Shown: positions 37,778 to 49,628, counted from the whole stretch's first letter. The stretch is 57,435 nucleotides of DNA, filler included, from Dimargaris cristalligena (GCA_003614675.1; 5 parts of 5 records of this genome joined end to end with filler, not necessarily neighbours in it); one strand, 5' to 3'. A program made the numbers and translations. Notes: generated by a model not told the origin, from the sequence alone.

Positions 37778-38068
37778 ATGATTTTTTCCTTCGTGTTTAC
37801 CATTCTACTTGCCGGCATTACCACCGTCGGTCTATTGATGGCTTCAGCCTCCCCAATATATGAAGAGAAGACGCTAGTTGGTCCTGATCCAGTCCAGAGG
37901 ACGTGGACGTGAACACCCCCTAAACCTAAACCTACGCCGAAACCCCCTGCCCCTAAAACCCGATTACAAAAAGTTAAGGCCACTATCACGAAGACAGCAA
38001 AAAAAGTCACCAGTAGGATTTCCAGTGCAGGCCACAAGGTTAAAAGTGCATTCAGTGGGGATAAGTAG
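37778..38068 (+). pseudogene. Secreted cationic peptide gene with an in-frame TGA at 37910-37912 (pseudogene, readthrough or sequence error)
   Basis: TATATAAA at about 37570. Translation: MIFSFVFTILLAGITTVGLLMASASPIYEEKTLVGPDPVQRTWT*TPPKPKPTPKPPAPKTRLQKVKATITKTAKKVTSRISSAGHKVKSAFSGDK*. Confidence 0.65.
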
Positions 38069-39719
38069 CAAACCGATGCCTAGGGTTCCACCTCGCTTTG
38101 TACGGTACAGCAATTTGGCGAGCAAGTTCTACACTATTTATATCCAACGCTCCCTGTATTTACCGTTTCTCTGCCGCCAGGCATTCGCTTGTATAAACAC
38201 CTTTGTATTCAGTTGACAACCATATCCCTCAATAAGCCTATATTTTTTCTAAAAACTACCCTAAAAGGTTCCTTAATATTGAACATGGCGGCCTGCCGGT
38301 AGCATTGAGTGCGTAATAGCACGGTCCAGGGATCCGGGAAGATTCGACGTGGTCCTGCCGGGTAGTGGAGAACCGGGCCGCGGCAGAGTGCTTGGGACAA
38401 GGCACTGCTTCTTCGGGGCTGTAGGCCGGGAAACTGGGGATGTTGGCCCTGGTGGTGACGAGGACTCTGTCACCCTCAGAAAGACAGGACGGTGGCGAGA
38501 CTTTCGAGCCGTAATGTTGTTTAACGAATATTAATATTATGTATAAAATAATCAAACCGATTAATAAAATCAGACTGATATTAACGAACTCAAGGCATCC
38601 TAGTTACTTGCAACTTCACCCTCGTGAATCCTTCTCTAATAAGTGATCGATCGGGTTACTTCAAAGATATATTCAGAATAATTTATGTAATAGTTTATTG
38701 GAAATATCCGCGAGGAAATAACCATATAGGGCAACATATTCATAATTATTAGTCATACTCGCGGTCTTATTCGTGCTCCCCGAATTCAAGATCATAATCG
38801 GTGGGTTTAAAGATACCAACCGTCAAGGATAGTTATAATATCGCCGGAGACGCTCTTGCGGTCACCAGCGAAGGTCATTTATCATCGACAACCTCTGTTT
38901 ACCGTAGTTGGACTTTGTTGTCGGTGGTTCCTTTCCACCCACAGTTTCAGAGACGACGATTGGATGCTTCATTAAGGTGATAACTGCGTCTCCGTCGTAA
39001 CAGCGCGAATAAATATGGAAATGATCGTACAAGATAAAATTCGTTTTTTAAACATATTATGTTAATAGAGGGGAAAGAAAATCTTTTCCGTAAAAATATT
39101 ACTTTCCCCAAAGTAGAAAGGAAAAATTTTCATGCGAAAATTGTTTTCTCTATCTTTCTCCTTCTTTTATTCCTTCCTACCATCCGACCCTATTAGTTTA
39201 TTCTATTTTTACTATCAAAATTTGTCTCTGCCGTGTTCTTTACACATGTGCACAACGACTTTTCGGTTATTATAGGCCGTGGACTTGTCCATTGGGTGAA
39301 ATAAGTATCCCCAATAAATAACAAAACGTCGGCGGCATCTATTAACGATAATCGATGAAAAATAAACTTCCGCCAATCCTGTACTTTGCAGCAATACAAA
39401 TACAAGCGGACAAGGGTGTTGTTTACCAATTACCAATGGCCGTGTTTATACCATCTCCCACAACATGTGTGTAAACACACACATTCGGAGTACAAGTATT
39501 GGGTGAGCACACCTTTATTTAGGCTTGCTAGTGATCCCCTTGGGTAGACTATGTTTCCCATTCCTCTTGCCTCTAATTCATTTCTTACAAGCAACACCTC
39601 TCTATCCTCCAAACCGTTTCCTACAACTAAGGTCCTATTATTATCATTTTACTTTCTACCAATACCCACGGTCCATTCAGCCCTGTCTCCAACGAACCCC
39701 TTTTCAATTCTAAGCGACC

Positions 39720-42700
39720 ATGTTGAACGATCCCCTGGCTGAAGAGGAACGCGAATATAAAGCCAACCTCGAGGCTTTCCAGAATCAGGTCTTCTCGGTC
39801 TGTTCCGCCCTGGGCGGTTTTGAGCAGGCTCTGGAGCCGAATCAGCCCTTGTCTCCGTCCTCGGGTGCGGACTTGCCCACCGCTGGCGTATCCCTCAAGT
39901 ACCTCATGGGTGACGAATGCATGGAGTGCCTCCGGGATCTCAAGCGGTATATCCGCGAAGACGACACAAACCCGGCGCGCCATGTCCTAGGATGGCTCGG
40001 GGACTGGAGTATATTGCAAAGGGACCTGCTGCCCATTTTTATACTCAATGCGGAGAACTTGTTGAAGACCGCGGACGCCTACACCGCGGCCAAAAACCTT
40101 CTGGCCAGTAAAAAACCGAGTGGCCTAGCCACTGGGGATAGTGAGAGTAACGACGGTGACGCTGGCGCCGCTGATGATGGCGGCGGCTCATTAAAGCCCA
40201 GTCTCCTGTCCTCTGGTGCGACCACCACCCGCAACTTCAACTTCTGTATGATGACAATCGAACTCTTTGTGGTCCTGACCTGGTTTTTAAGCAGCGAAGA
40301 ACGACGAGAGGCCTCATGGTTCGAACGCGCGCTGTGTAGTTACAAAATGGCCTTCGCTACACATCCGACTGCCCTGAACATCCTCCTTCGACTACTACAG
40401 CACTGTCTAACCATCACCCAGGCCTATACATCAACCTCAGTCGCGGCCAAGGAAAATTTAATGGTCAACGGAATCCTTATTCTCTTCCGTAACTTGCTCG
40501 AGATTCCCGACCCCCACGTCTCCATTTCCGCATCGGGCGAATTGCTCGCCCACGGTAAACTGCAGGAAATCCTGATTGAAAAATTCCACTCGACCACCGT
40601 CTTCCAACTCATCGCCCGATTTGCGGCCTCGGCGGGCCAGAAGGAGTACACCAAGTTTAACCTGATTATCCATGACATAATCTACCTTTTGCTGAAGGAT
40701 GTCCAGCCCCAGCAGTTATTTCGCAATCTAGCGGACATAGAGGGTGATCGGATTTCCCACCGGCTCCAGGCCGAAAAAAAACTGCAGACCCTGAAACCGA
40801 CTACCCGTCGCTCGTCTCGGCACTCGCGATTCGGCGGGACCTTCGTGGTTCGGGGTAAAAACGGCCAAGTGATGTCGGTTTTAAATTCTCAGACGGTGAC
40901 GCAACCCCTGGACACTTCCCTCAACTCCAACAAGAAGTCGAACGTGCGGGTGCGACCACCCAAATCGGAAAGCCTTGAGAAAACCCGCCATCCTTTCCAG
41001 GACCGCCACACGTTTACCATTTTGGGCGACCTGATTAAACTGCTCCTCCGATCCACTGCGTTTGGCCCGCTATTCACGGCGGTTGGGCGGGATATTGAAC
41101 TACGGCGGCCCTTTATAAAACCCCAGGACGCATTGCGCCACTTGTACCTGACTGCATTCAGCATCAGTAGCGTAGTTCTGCTGAATGATCAACAGGCCTC
41201 GGCTGATGCGGATCCTCGTCGTTTCGAGTATCCGTTTAGCCTACAGGACCCTCCTGAAGCCCTGCCGGCAGTGGCAGAGGATCCGGAACCAGCCACTGAC
41301 ACTATAGCCATTGTTGCTTCGAACCCTTTGGCCGACCAATACCCATTTAATCTCGTAGAGACCGTTATGACTCTCCCCCATGTAGGCATGGTCATCCGTA
41401 CCCTGCGCACCTTCTTGGAAGACAAACAAGCCACTTCGGCCCAGGTCGCTGTCTGGTCATTTAAGCAACTTATGTCCGCTTATATTTATATCTCAAACCA
41501 CTCTAGCATTGAACCCCGCACTGCTGTGGATGCAATCTTCCGAGGTCTATGCTACGAGGTCTCCACCCTCGAGTTATTGACCTCGCTCGCCCGCGATCCA
41601 GCCATTCCCCAGATGGATCAAAAGTAAGTACTTACTGCCTTTAATGCTAATCAACATCTCTTTGTCGAGTGGGATTTTTTATGCAACCAATTTATATTCT
41701 TGGGAATGTTTTTGGAATCTGGTATCCCATATTTCCTAGGAAGAGAAAATCAACCATTCCGTTTACAATCGAACCAATATTTTCAGTCGTCGTGGGTGCT
41801 AGTTCTGAGCCAGTATTCAGTTTCTCACACCCGCTAATTGTCTATATATTATGATCATTTTACCTAAACCTATTCCACGACTTTAGGCATGCGCTAAACG
41901 TTGTCGAGTTGGTGCATCTATATTTAAGGATGCTTGAATATTACTCCAGTCATGAGAAGCATCTCGTGATTCGCAAAAAGGAGAAGCCTCGCAAGAAGTC
42001 CCGGAAAGGTACAGTAGACTCATGCACACATCAGACTTTGCATAATTTTGACATATTTATATCCATTCGAGGTATTTATAGTCCTTTTATTGGATTATCT
42101 TCCCAATTGGCTGTGTAATCGTGGTATATGAATCTTAATACATCACCCCGTATTTTTTATATTTGCATATGCTGGAGATTAGCCACCAAGGACCCTACGA
42201 CCGATGACAAGCCCCCTGTTAAAGATGGTGACGATGTTGAAGCCAATCCCGATCCCGACCCTGAATCAGAGCACAGTGAAGAGGAGCGGCTGCCTATTTA
42301 CGTAGAGCGAGAGTTTGACTTGGAGTCCTGTGAAAGAGTAAGCCGCGCTCTTATAACATAATATATTCTTACTATTCCAACGATCCATACATTACATGTG
42401 CTACCACCACGCAATAGCCTGGCCTTACTCTTATCTGTCTAGAGTACGTATCCCATTGAGACTAACCACATTTTTTTGGCACACCTTTATTTACCTATAC
42501 GTTGCTATGGGACAGGATTTGGCCAGAGAATCGGTTGTTCGTAATTACTGCCGGCTTCTGGCCAACTATCGGGACCACTCTTCAACTTCCATTTATTGGA
42601 TCGTTACCATGTTGCACCGAATCGGAGTTAAACTGGGTTACGAGGGCCTGTTCTTTAAGGTAATATATTCGTTTCAGTGACCCTCATGGGTTATTCGCAC

Positions 42701-43413
42701 TGCTGATCTCACACTGCACTATTCTAAACACGTAAATTCATTTATATTCTAATCATCTGTTTTCTATTGTATTACCTTGGGACATGCTTTCTCAACTCCA
42801 CTCTACACGACCTACCCACTAGCTATCAGTTTTGGAGCTTTTTAACGGTATACTGCAAGACCAGAAAAATATTAAAATGTACGAGTCGCTTGAAAAGCCG
42901 ACCTCTTTAGTAAACCCAACTCCGTTCACCTGGACTTACAAAGAGCGGAACGAAATGGTAACTCGGCCTGTCTCAGCCTGGTCCGCCCTGGTTTACTTCA
43001 TCCAAGATATTACGCGCCAATTCCTGTTTCGTCTACAGTCCGACCCCCTCGAATACATTGAAGTACGTAATCTATCCCTTCCCATCCGCTGGCTATATAA
43101 TTGGTTGGAGTGGCCCCCACCATTGTTTGCATTATGGCAATGGTTTTGAATCCCCGCTGCGTCTACCCATAGATTTGATTTGTGATTTATTATAACGGCG
43201 AACTTCCTTATGACATTGATATAACCCTTCCATTGAGAATAGGTACTATTTAGCCGGGGCCGTGCCGATTGTTTGCGACCGGATATGCTCGAAGCCCGTA
43301 AACGAGAGGCTCGACTACCTAAACCTGAGAGTATTCCCATCAGGGAACCCGAATTAGCACCAGCCTTTGTGGACAGCCCGGAAGAGGTGGATCACTATAA
43401 CCTCTCTGACTAG
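39720..43413 (+). CDS. TOF1: Tof1/Swi1/Timeless fork-protection protein, about 911 aa; exons 39720-41623, 41887-42008, 42183-42337, 42516-42659, 42823-43062, 43243-43413
   Basis: VCSALGG, Y.MGDECMECLRDLKRYIR.DD, LQRDLLPI, ELFVVLTW, LILFRNLLEI, SSRHSRFGG, YLRMLEYYS, EREFD, MLHRI. Five GT-AG introns give 2736 nt in frame. Confidence 0.92.
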
Positions 43414-43542
43414 CCATTCTCCGATTATCGGCTCCAATTTGGCCGATGGCATGGCTAGGCCTCGGACCACAATAAAGATATTCCATATAATAATGAACGA
43501 AACATCGAAAATGGCCACATTATGGATCAATGTCTTTTTATT

Positions 43543-44271
43543 TTAGTGAACAGTGGACTTGGGCACATCCGCCGAAGCCACTTTAGTTGGAGGCGGGGGG
43601 AAGGTTGGCGAGTAGTAGTGGCCCAGCACACGAACGAGGTTTTCGTCAATGTTATATTTACGGGATAGCTCGGCGATACTGAGACTTGATTGGCCTGGTG
43701 GGGGTTTAAGATCGATCAAGAAGAGCTGTAAGGCATCGGAAGAGAGTTTGTTGCGTGTATTTATTTGTTCAATGTTATCGGCCTTGCTGCGGTTCTTGAT
43801 GGTAATAAGAGGGGACTCGGTCTATTGGGAAGCGCGTAGCTCAAGAGCAGCGGGTAAAATAACCTATTAGTTTATAGAAAGCTGTGTATAACTGCTATTC
43901 TTGTAGTCACGGCAGTGGCTCAGGTAGGCTGAACAGGGGTGTAGTATCGTAAACCAGCGGTCAATGGGTCGAAGAGAAGTGGGAAGGTCACTTGAACCTT
44001 GCTCGAATGGGTACATGTCTCTTACCTTGCTTCCAGCCACTCTCTGAAGAGGGATTGCGGTCTCTCGGGGTTTGAAAAAGGCACCTAGGTTTTGCTGAAT
44101 TTGGCTGTTGATTTGCTTTTCCTGGGCAATATTCTGTTCTAGTCTACTCTGAGTCTCGGCGCTCTTCGTCGAAGGAGAATTTGATTTGGGTAGAGTGCGA
44201 CTAGGACCTTTTCCTAGAGATGCGGTCGGGCGAGGATACTGCCGAACAGAACGAGAAATATAGTTTCCCAT
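43543..44271 (-). CDS. NDUFAF4-like complex I assembly factor, 174 aa; exons 44271-44026 and 43821-43543
   Basis: Myristoylation-like start MGNYISRSVRQYP. A phase-0 GTAAGA...ATAG intron. C-terminal KLSSDALQLFL...SIAELSRKYNIDENLVRVLGHYYSP resembles the NDUFAF4 C-terminal helical motif (from recall). Confidence 0.6.
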
Positions 44272-45599
44272 GGCAAAGGAGAGGTAAACCGAGGAATAAG
44301 GGAATTCAGAATAAAATACCAGTAGAAAACCTTCAGAAAGAATAAATAGCAATAACAGACAATGAGTGGAAGGACTAAGTTAAAGGAGGAACAATGGAAT
44401 GTGTGGTTAGGATCGGGCGTGTTGGTTGGGTTGGTATTTGGGGCACAACGTCCTAAGGGATTTCCCCCATGGGCGCGGTTGATGTAACCTTGCTATACTT
44501 TACCAGCCGTTGGTAGGCTCACTTATATTGTGGGTAGCTTCACATAAACATGTAGAGCCATTAGCTATCGTATAGTCAAACGACATGTCCAAACAGCCCT
44601 GAAACAAATGCTAACAGTATTAAGAATACTGCTACAACTAAGTTACATTCTTAAAATATTGGCGACCAGGAGTTGGAGTCCATCTATATTTAGTGAATAT
44701 ATTTATATTACAGGAAATGCATTACCATCGCCTTATTCTAGCTGATGTATACTATCAACTATTGATTAGAGTAAACCCAGACAGACTTCCTAGAAATCTA
44801 GCACTGGGGGTTATTGAGGCCAATTAGATCAGTCTAAATTGAGCAGTAAAAGGGCAAGGCTAAGAAGGCGGCTTCTATTTTGAGAATGATACTAGGTAAT
44901 CCTAGAAATAGGAAACAATGGTAACAGTAAGTATTGATAAGTATCCATTAGAATCTGGTAGGATATAATGGGGGCATCAAGAGTCTGGATCAAAACCAAA
45001 GTGTAAGGATGGGGTCTAATGGTGTTAACTGGGGTATGTGATAGATCACAATAGTACCAGGTATTACCCTAGGATATGGTTTAATATATAAGAGAGGTTT
45101 ATATAGAAGACCACCAATAGTATACATTGGCACCTTTAGGTTACAATATTCTGTACACCAGTTTTACATATTGATTAAATAAACAGGTGATAGGGACCTA
45201 TAACCAATACCAATATACATAAATACTTAGCATATATTATGAATTACTATAGTTCCATTGACTAATAATGTACAAATGAGCTAGCTGTGCTGTACTTGGT
45301 GTATTGATCAAACCAATTAAACCAATATAGGTATAAGTTTATTAATTATAATATATATTATTGTAAGGAGGTAATAATATTATTATGATATAGACAAATG
45401 GCTATAGTAGTATTTGATATTGTCCTATTTATTTTTACTCTTTTAATTGAAAACCACCATCCATATTTAGGTAATTAGTCAAAGAATTGGCACTGCTAGC
45501 CCAAGTTTTCCCTTTTTATAGTTGTTATTGTCATATAACATTTATATATTTATTGTTAATTGGATCATTTCCCCAAGTATTATATTTATACCCTTGCTG

Positions 45600-45949
45600 T
45601 ACTCTATCAATGAGTATCAGCTATTCCTTTAACCTATTATAAGTTCATTTATACCTTTTATATCTTTGTTTTAGTTATACCAATGGGTATAACTTTAGCC
45701 CTAGCCAATTATTAGTTCGAGTATCTTTTTGATGCTGCTGTTTTTGTTATACCAATGGGTATAATTGTTTTCATCTATCCAATTATTATTTCGAAGTTCC
45801 CTTTGTCACTATTGTTAGAGTAATACTAATGAATGGTTTACTATATATAACCAATGATACAATTCGAAGACCCTTGTCTTCCCTTTTGTTTTGGTTATAC
45901 AAACAAGTTTAACCCTTTTATTATTATTTAGCCCAAGTTTAGTCCTTTG
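45600..45949. repeat. Diverged tandem repeat with a 72-74-bp unit containing the GTTATACC-AATG-GGTATAAC palindrome
   Basis: Unit starts at about 45600, 45674, 45746, 45820 and 45894. Shared CCAAT and TTCGA sub-motifs. The array runs into the contig end. Confidence 0.7.
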
Positions 45950-46049
45950 NNNNNNNNNNNNNNNNNNNNNNNNNNNNNNNNNNNNNNNNNNNNTTAATTA
46001 ATTAANNNNNNNNNNNNNNNNNNNNNNNNNNNNNNNNNNNNNNNNNNNN
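45950..46049. other. Artificial contig spacer
   Basis: N44-TTAATTAATTAA-N44. Confidence 0.99.
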
Positions 46050-46104
46050 GAAGCGCGCAGGGCTCATAACCCTGAGGTCCTACGATCGAAACGTAGCATC
46101 GCTA
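46050..46104 (+). tRNA. Initiator tRNA-Met (CAT), 5' part cut off by the contig start
   Basis: GAAGCGCG-CAGGG-CTCATAA-CCCTG-AGGTC-CTACG-ATCGAAA-CGTAG-CATCGCT-A. Three G-C pairs in the anticodon stem and the ATCGAAA T-loop are diagnostic of eukaryotic initiator tRNA. Confidence 0.95.
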
Positions 46105-46108
46105 ATTC

Positions 46109-46116
46109 TTTTTTTT
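46109..46116 (+). terminator. Pol III oligo-T terminator of the tRNA-iMet
   Basis: T-run a few bases after the discriminator base. Confidence 0.8.
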
Positions 46117-49100
46117 CAAATATTTTTATTTATTTTGGTATTCATGAAGGTACTACTATAATAGTTAACCAGCATTTTAGCGCGGTCTACAGGTATTCTT
46201 CCCGGTGGGGATTATTACCCTCCACTCCAATTCCTTTGGCTTTTCTCCTTCAATCATGATTGGGAGGATACTTACTTTTTATTATTATAGTTTTACTTTT
46301 AGATATTTTTTTTCATAGTTCGAAAACCAATTAATTGATGGTTAATAACTATATATTACTACCAGGAATAATATATGGCCAGTTGGAAGAACTGGCAAAA
46401 CGCGGAAATGAAGTGGCTGTATATTTCGATCCTCCGAAATGATGCCTACTCTAAATGGAAGGCCTACCGGGATATATATCCCCCCATACAGGCTCTGTAA
46501 CAAATTGCCTGACCCCTTCCGATTTACCTACGAGTAATTACAGTGTTCTTCTATTTGTCAGTCAGTGCTCAGTCCAGTAGTGATACCTCTATATACTAAT
46601 TTAATACTACACCACTCTATGTAATTGCCCATAAATCCAAGTTAAAGAGGCGGCCTGTGGGGTCGATTTAAAGCATATTAAACATCGCCCGGCTCGTTTA
46701 ATCTGAGTTATGCCTTTCATCATGAGACCAGTGATGAAAGGCATAACCGGACAAATATGCAGCGCCAAGCCATCCATTATTTTGACTGATATGGATTTGC
46801 GGAAAACAGGCCTCGACAGGTATACTTATTTCAGAGAAGTATATAATTTGTGAGTGAACCGGTTGGGGGTGCAGGGTTTACGGGGTAGATGGTTATCAAG
46901 ATGTGTACCATTGCCGGGCCGAGTGTCGATAACTAACTAGATGTAGCGTGGCAGATTAAGTCCTGCAGCTGTCAGTGGGGACAGTTGTCATGCCTTGGGG
47001 AGGGAGAGGGGGCTAGCATGGCGTTGCCCTGGAATGTTCAGGATGTAGGGCCCGACCGCCCTTGAGGCTGGGAAAGATCCGCGTTGGTACAATAGCTACT
47101 GCTTACCACCGGGCAGTAAAATATTGATGACACAACCCCCGCCCTCGTACACTACCCCACTTGCTTACAAGTTCGGTAGCCCTTCTGGTCGTTGACAGTT
47201 TTCAGTGCTCGCCCCCAGCCGTTCCCAACACGGGCCTCCCTAACCAGTCCACCAAGGTTCCAATTTCGTCGAGTATATCAGCCTTGTGGTAAGGCACTGG
47301 GGCGGATCCGAGTGTGTAAGCTCTCTAAAGGCTAAATTCACAATGGGTGTATTTCCCGACGACCCTTAAATACGCAGAGCCAGCCATGGCAGCGGCTGTC
47401 CGGCCCGCCCCGACGCACCTTCCGAGTGCCTAGTATTCGTATTTATCTATTTGCCGTTTCTTTGGAGTCACAGGGGTAGAACCTCTGTCATACTATCTGA
47501 TCCGGTTTCTTAGGCATGTTTCTGCAGCCATCGCTGAGTACGGTTTGCCCAGTTGGCCGATTGCTGACTTGACCGCCTCTGTCTCTGGCCGCCTGACCCG
47601 CCCTGGGACAGTTAGTGCCATCCCTTCTATGCCTCCCTTGTTCGTGGCAAAGGATACCCCACCCACTTTGGCCGGCGGTGGAAATAGTACCATTGAGATA
47701 CATTTATTATCCCGTGCTGGTCCCAACTGCTTGTGCGATAATGGTTTTGCGGAGATTTAAAATACCACCGTCGCCTTTTCCCACCTATCATTCATTTGTT
47801 CATGCACCTGGTGATTCTACTCGATTCACCTCTGTGGGTAATTCCGCTTACATTGGCCGACCAGGACTTTTATTCGGCGAGTGCGCTTGCACCCGTTTGC
47901 CAGTCCCCTTTGTTGATGAATTTGGCTGATCCTGCTGTTTATACCCGCTTCATCGTTTCTGGGCTGTCGCGGCCGTTCCACACCCCGTTGTTCGCTTCAA
48001 AATTCCACGGTTGGGCTGCTGCCCATTAATCCTTTCTCTCCAATATAGAGCCACCTTCCCAAGCCCACCCCAACCGCATCATTTATTCGTTCTTCCGCTT
48101 GTATGTTAGGGCCAGTGCATACTGCGTTTAAGCCAATGTATCCTTTTTGCGAGTAGTGCCCCGTGGCCCACTCACTGACCCTCCCCTCCTTGTCCGCGAC
48201 AGGGCTCGTTCGGCTCGTGATTGGGGGACACACTGCTACTCCCGTTTAAGGCCGTTCTTTCCAAGTGCCGCCCCTCCCTATGTGTACCGTGTATAGTTTC
48301 TAACGGTATCCCATTTTGGCTGATCCTATCTCCACCAGGCGTTATCCTCCCCCTTCTTACTACTCTAGTATGCCTCGTTTTCCCCTTCAATCTCGGGCCG
48401 TACGCCAGTTTTAGATAACCCACTTGCCTTTTTTTTTTTTTTTGCTTCGTATTTCCTTCCAGCCTTCCAAATTTAATCCCCGTCGTTCCCTCCGACGATC
48501 TGCGTAGATGGTCGTTTGTACTCACAGTTCTGCCCTCTGTTGGTCGCCGCGTCTTCCAGTGGCCTGCGCCTCACTACTGGTTTTTGAGTCTCTTTTCCCT
48601 ATCCTGGTGCTGACTGTATACATTTAAAGACATGTAACAATATCTATATATATCTATATAGATAGATATGTAAAGCGTATGTATATATATACACAGCCTT
48701 CGTTATTTTTTTTTCTTCGTTTGTGGGCCTTAGACTGTATTTCTTTATCTGCCATTGGTGGTTATATATCCATATTTGGGCCCATGAGAATGACTACTAC
48801 TGTGGCATAGTGTCTCTTCTCAATTCCCCCTCCCTTAACAATACCTGGCGGCGGCGGTTTCCTATTTTGTGCAAAGGAATGCCGTTGTGCTTATACAATG
48901 CAACTCTTGCGAGCTCTCTGGCGCGGGTTACTCGATCTGTGTCCTAGCTGTGAAGTTTTTTTTTTTGGCAGTACTCTCCATTCCCGGCTTGAGCCTGTCC
49001 AGCATGGCTAATTCTTTATGACATTGCATCTTTGATAATGTCACTCCCTCCCTGGCTAAAAATGGACGGGGTTTCCGTGAATGGGGCACCGACGTAACAC

Positions 49101-49628
49101 ATCTCTGCTCAGGGCCGTAGACTAGCAGAGCAGCCCTATTATTCAGCCTTGACTTGGGCCTAGGCGCCTCCTCCCCGCTCCGTTTCTAGGTTACACCGGG
49201 TATCGACAGCCCCATATCGTATAGCCCACCCGTAGAACAAATACAACAGCATACTATACCATAACATGCCATACTATACTGTACTATTTCCCACCCTTGG
49301 TCAGCCCTCTCAAAACTACGTCTAATTTTAGACAAAGCAGCTGTCAGTCAACTAATTCCTGGCTTGGAGACCACCTATTCCGCCAGGATTTTCAGTCTCC
49401 CAGGGTATAATAACTGGCTCCTTTGAGTAACTTAACGGCCCGTGCTGACTACAATTATATCCACCCACCTTCACGCCATCCATTTAAATACACCTATATT
49501 TCCCTCACTCGCATTCTCCATCAACCCATCCCCCTCCATTATTTGGTCACTCCATTTTTGCATAGTATTCCCCCCGCCAACCTATTATATTCCTATTATT
49601 ATCATAATTTTTCACTGCCGATTTAAAT

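Noticed and set aside
37910..37912. Genome-wide TGA reassignment or selenocysteine
   Set aside because: The conserved genes in the window contain no in-frame TGA over thousands of codons, and the ADAM gene ends in TGA. There is no redox motif around this codon and no SECIS-like element in the downstream region.
44810..45215. Another solo LTR (TATA and AATAAA in LTR order)
   Set aside because: The termini are too decayed to define, and there is no second copy in the window.
45600..45949. CRISPR array
   Set aside because: The putative spacers are homologous to each other, the repeats are highly diverged, there are no cas genes, and the context is eukaryotic.
11426..46049. Four identical TTAATTAATTAA motifs within N runs at ~11.5-kb spacing, and any gene-cluster reading across them
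   Set aside because: These are artificial six-frame-stop linkers. The contig lengths decrease monotonically (11425, 11420, 11415, 11389, 11386), so the contigs are size-sorted and unlinked.
47070..47350. RNase P/MRP RNA (GGAAAGATCCGC pairing with GCGGATC)
   Set aside because: The CR-V consensus and the P1-P3 architecture were not found. A 7-bp complement alone is not significant.
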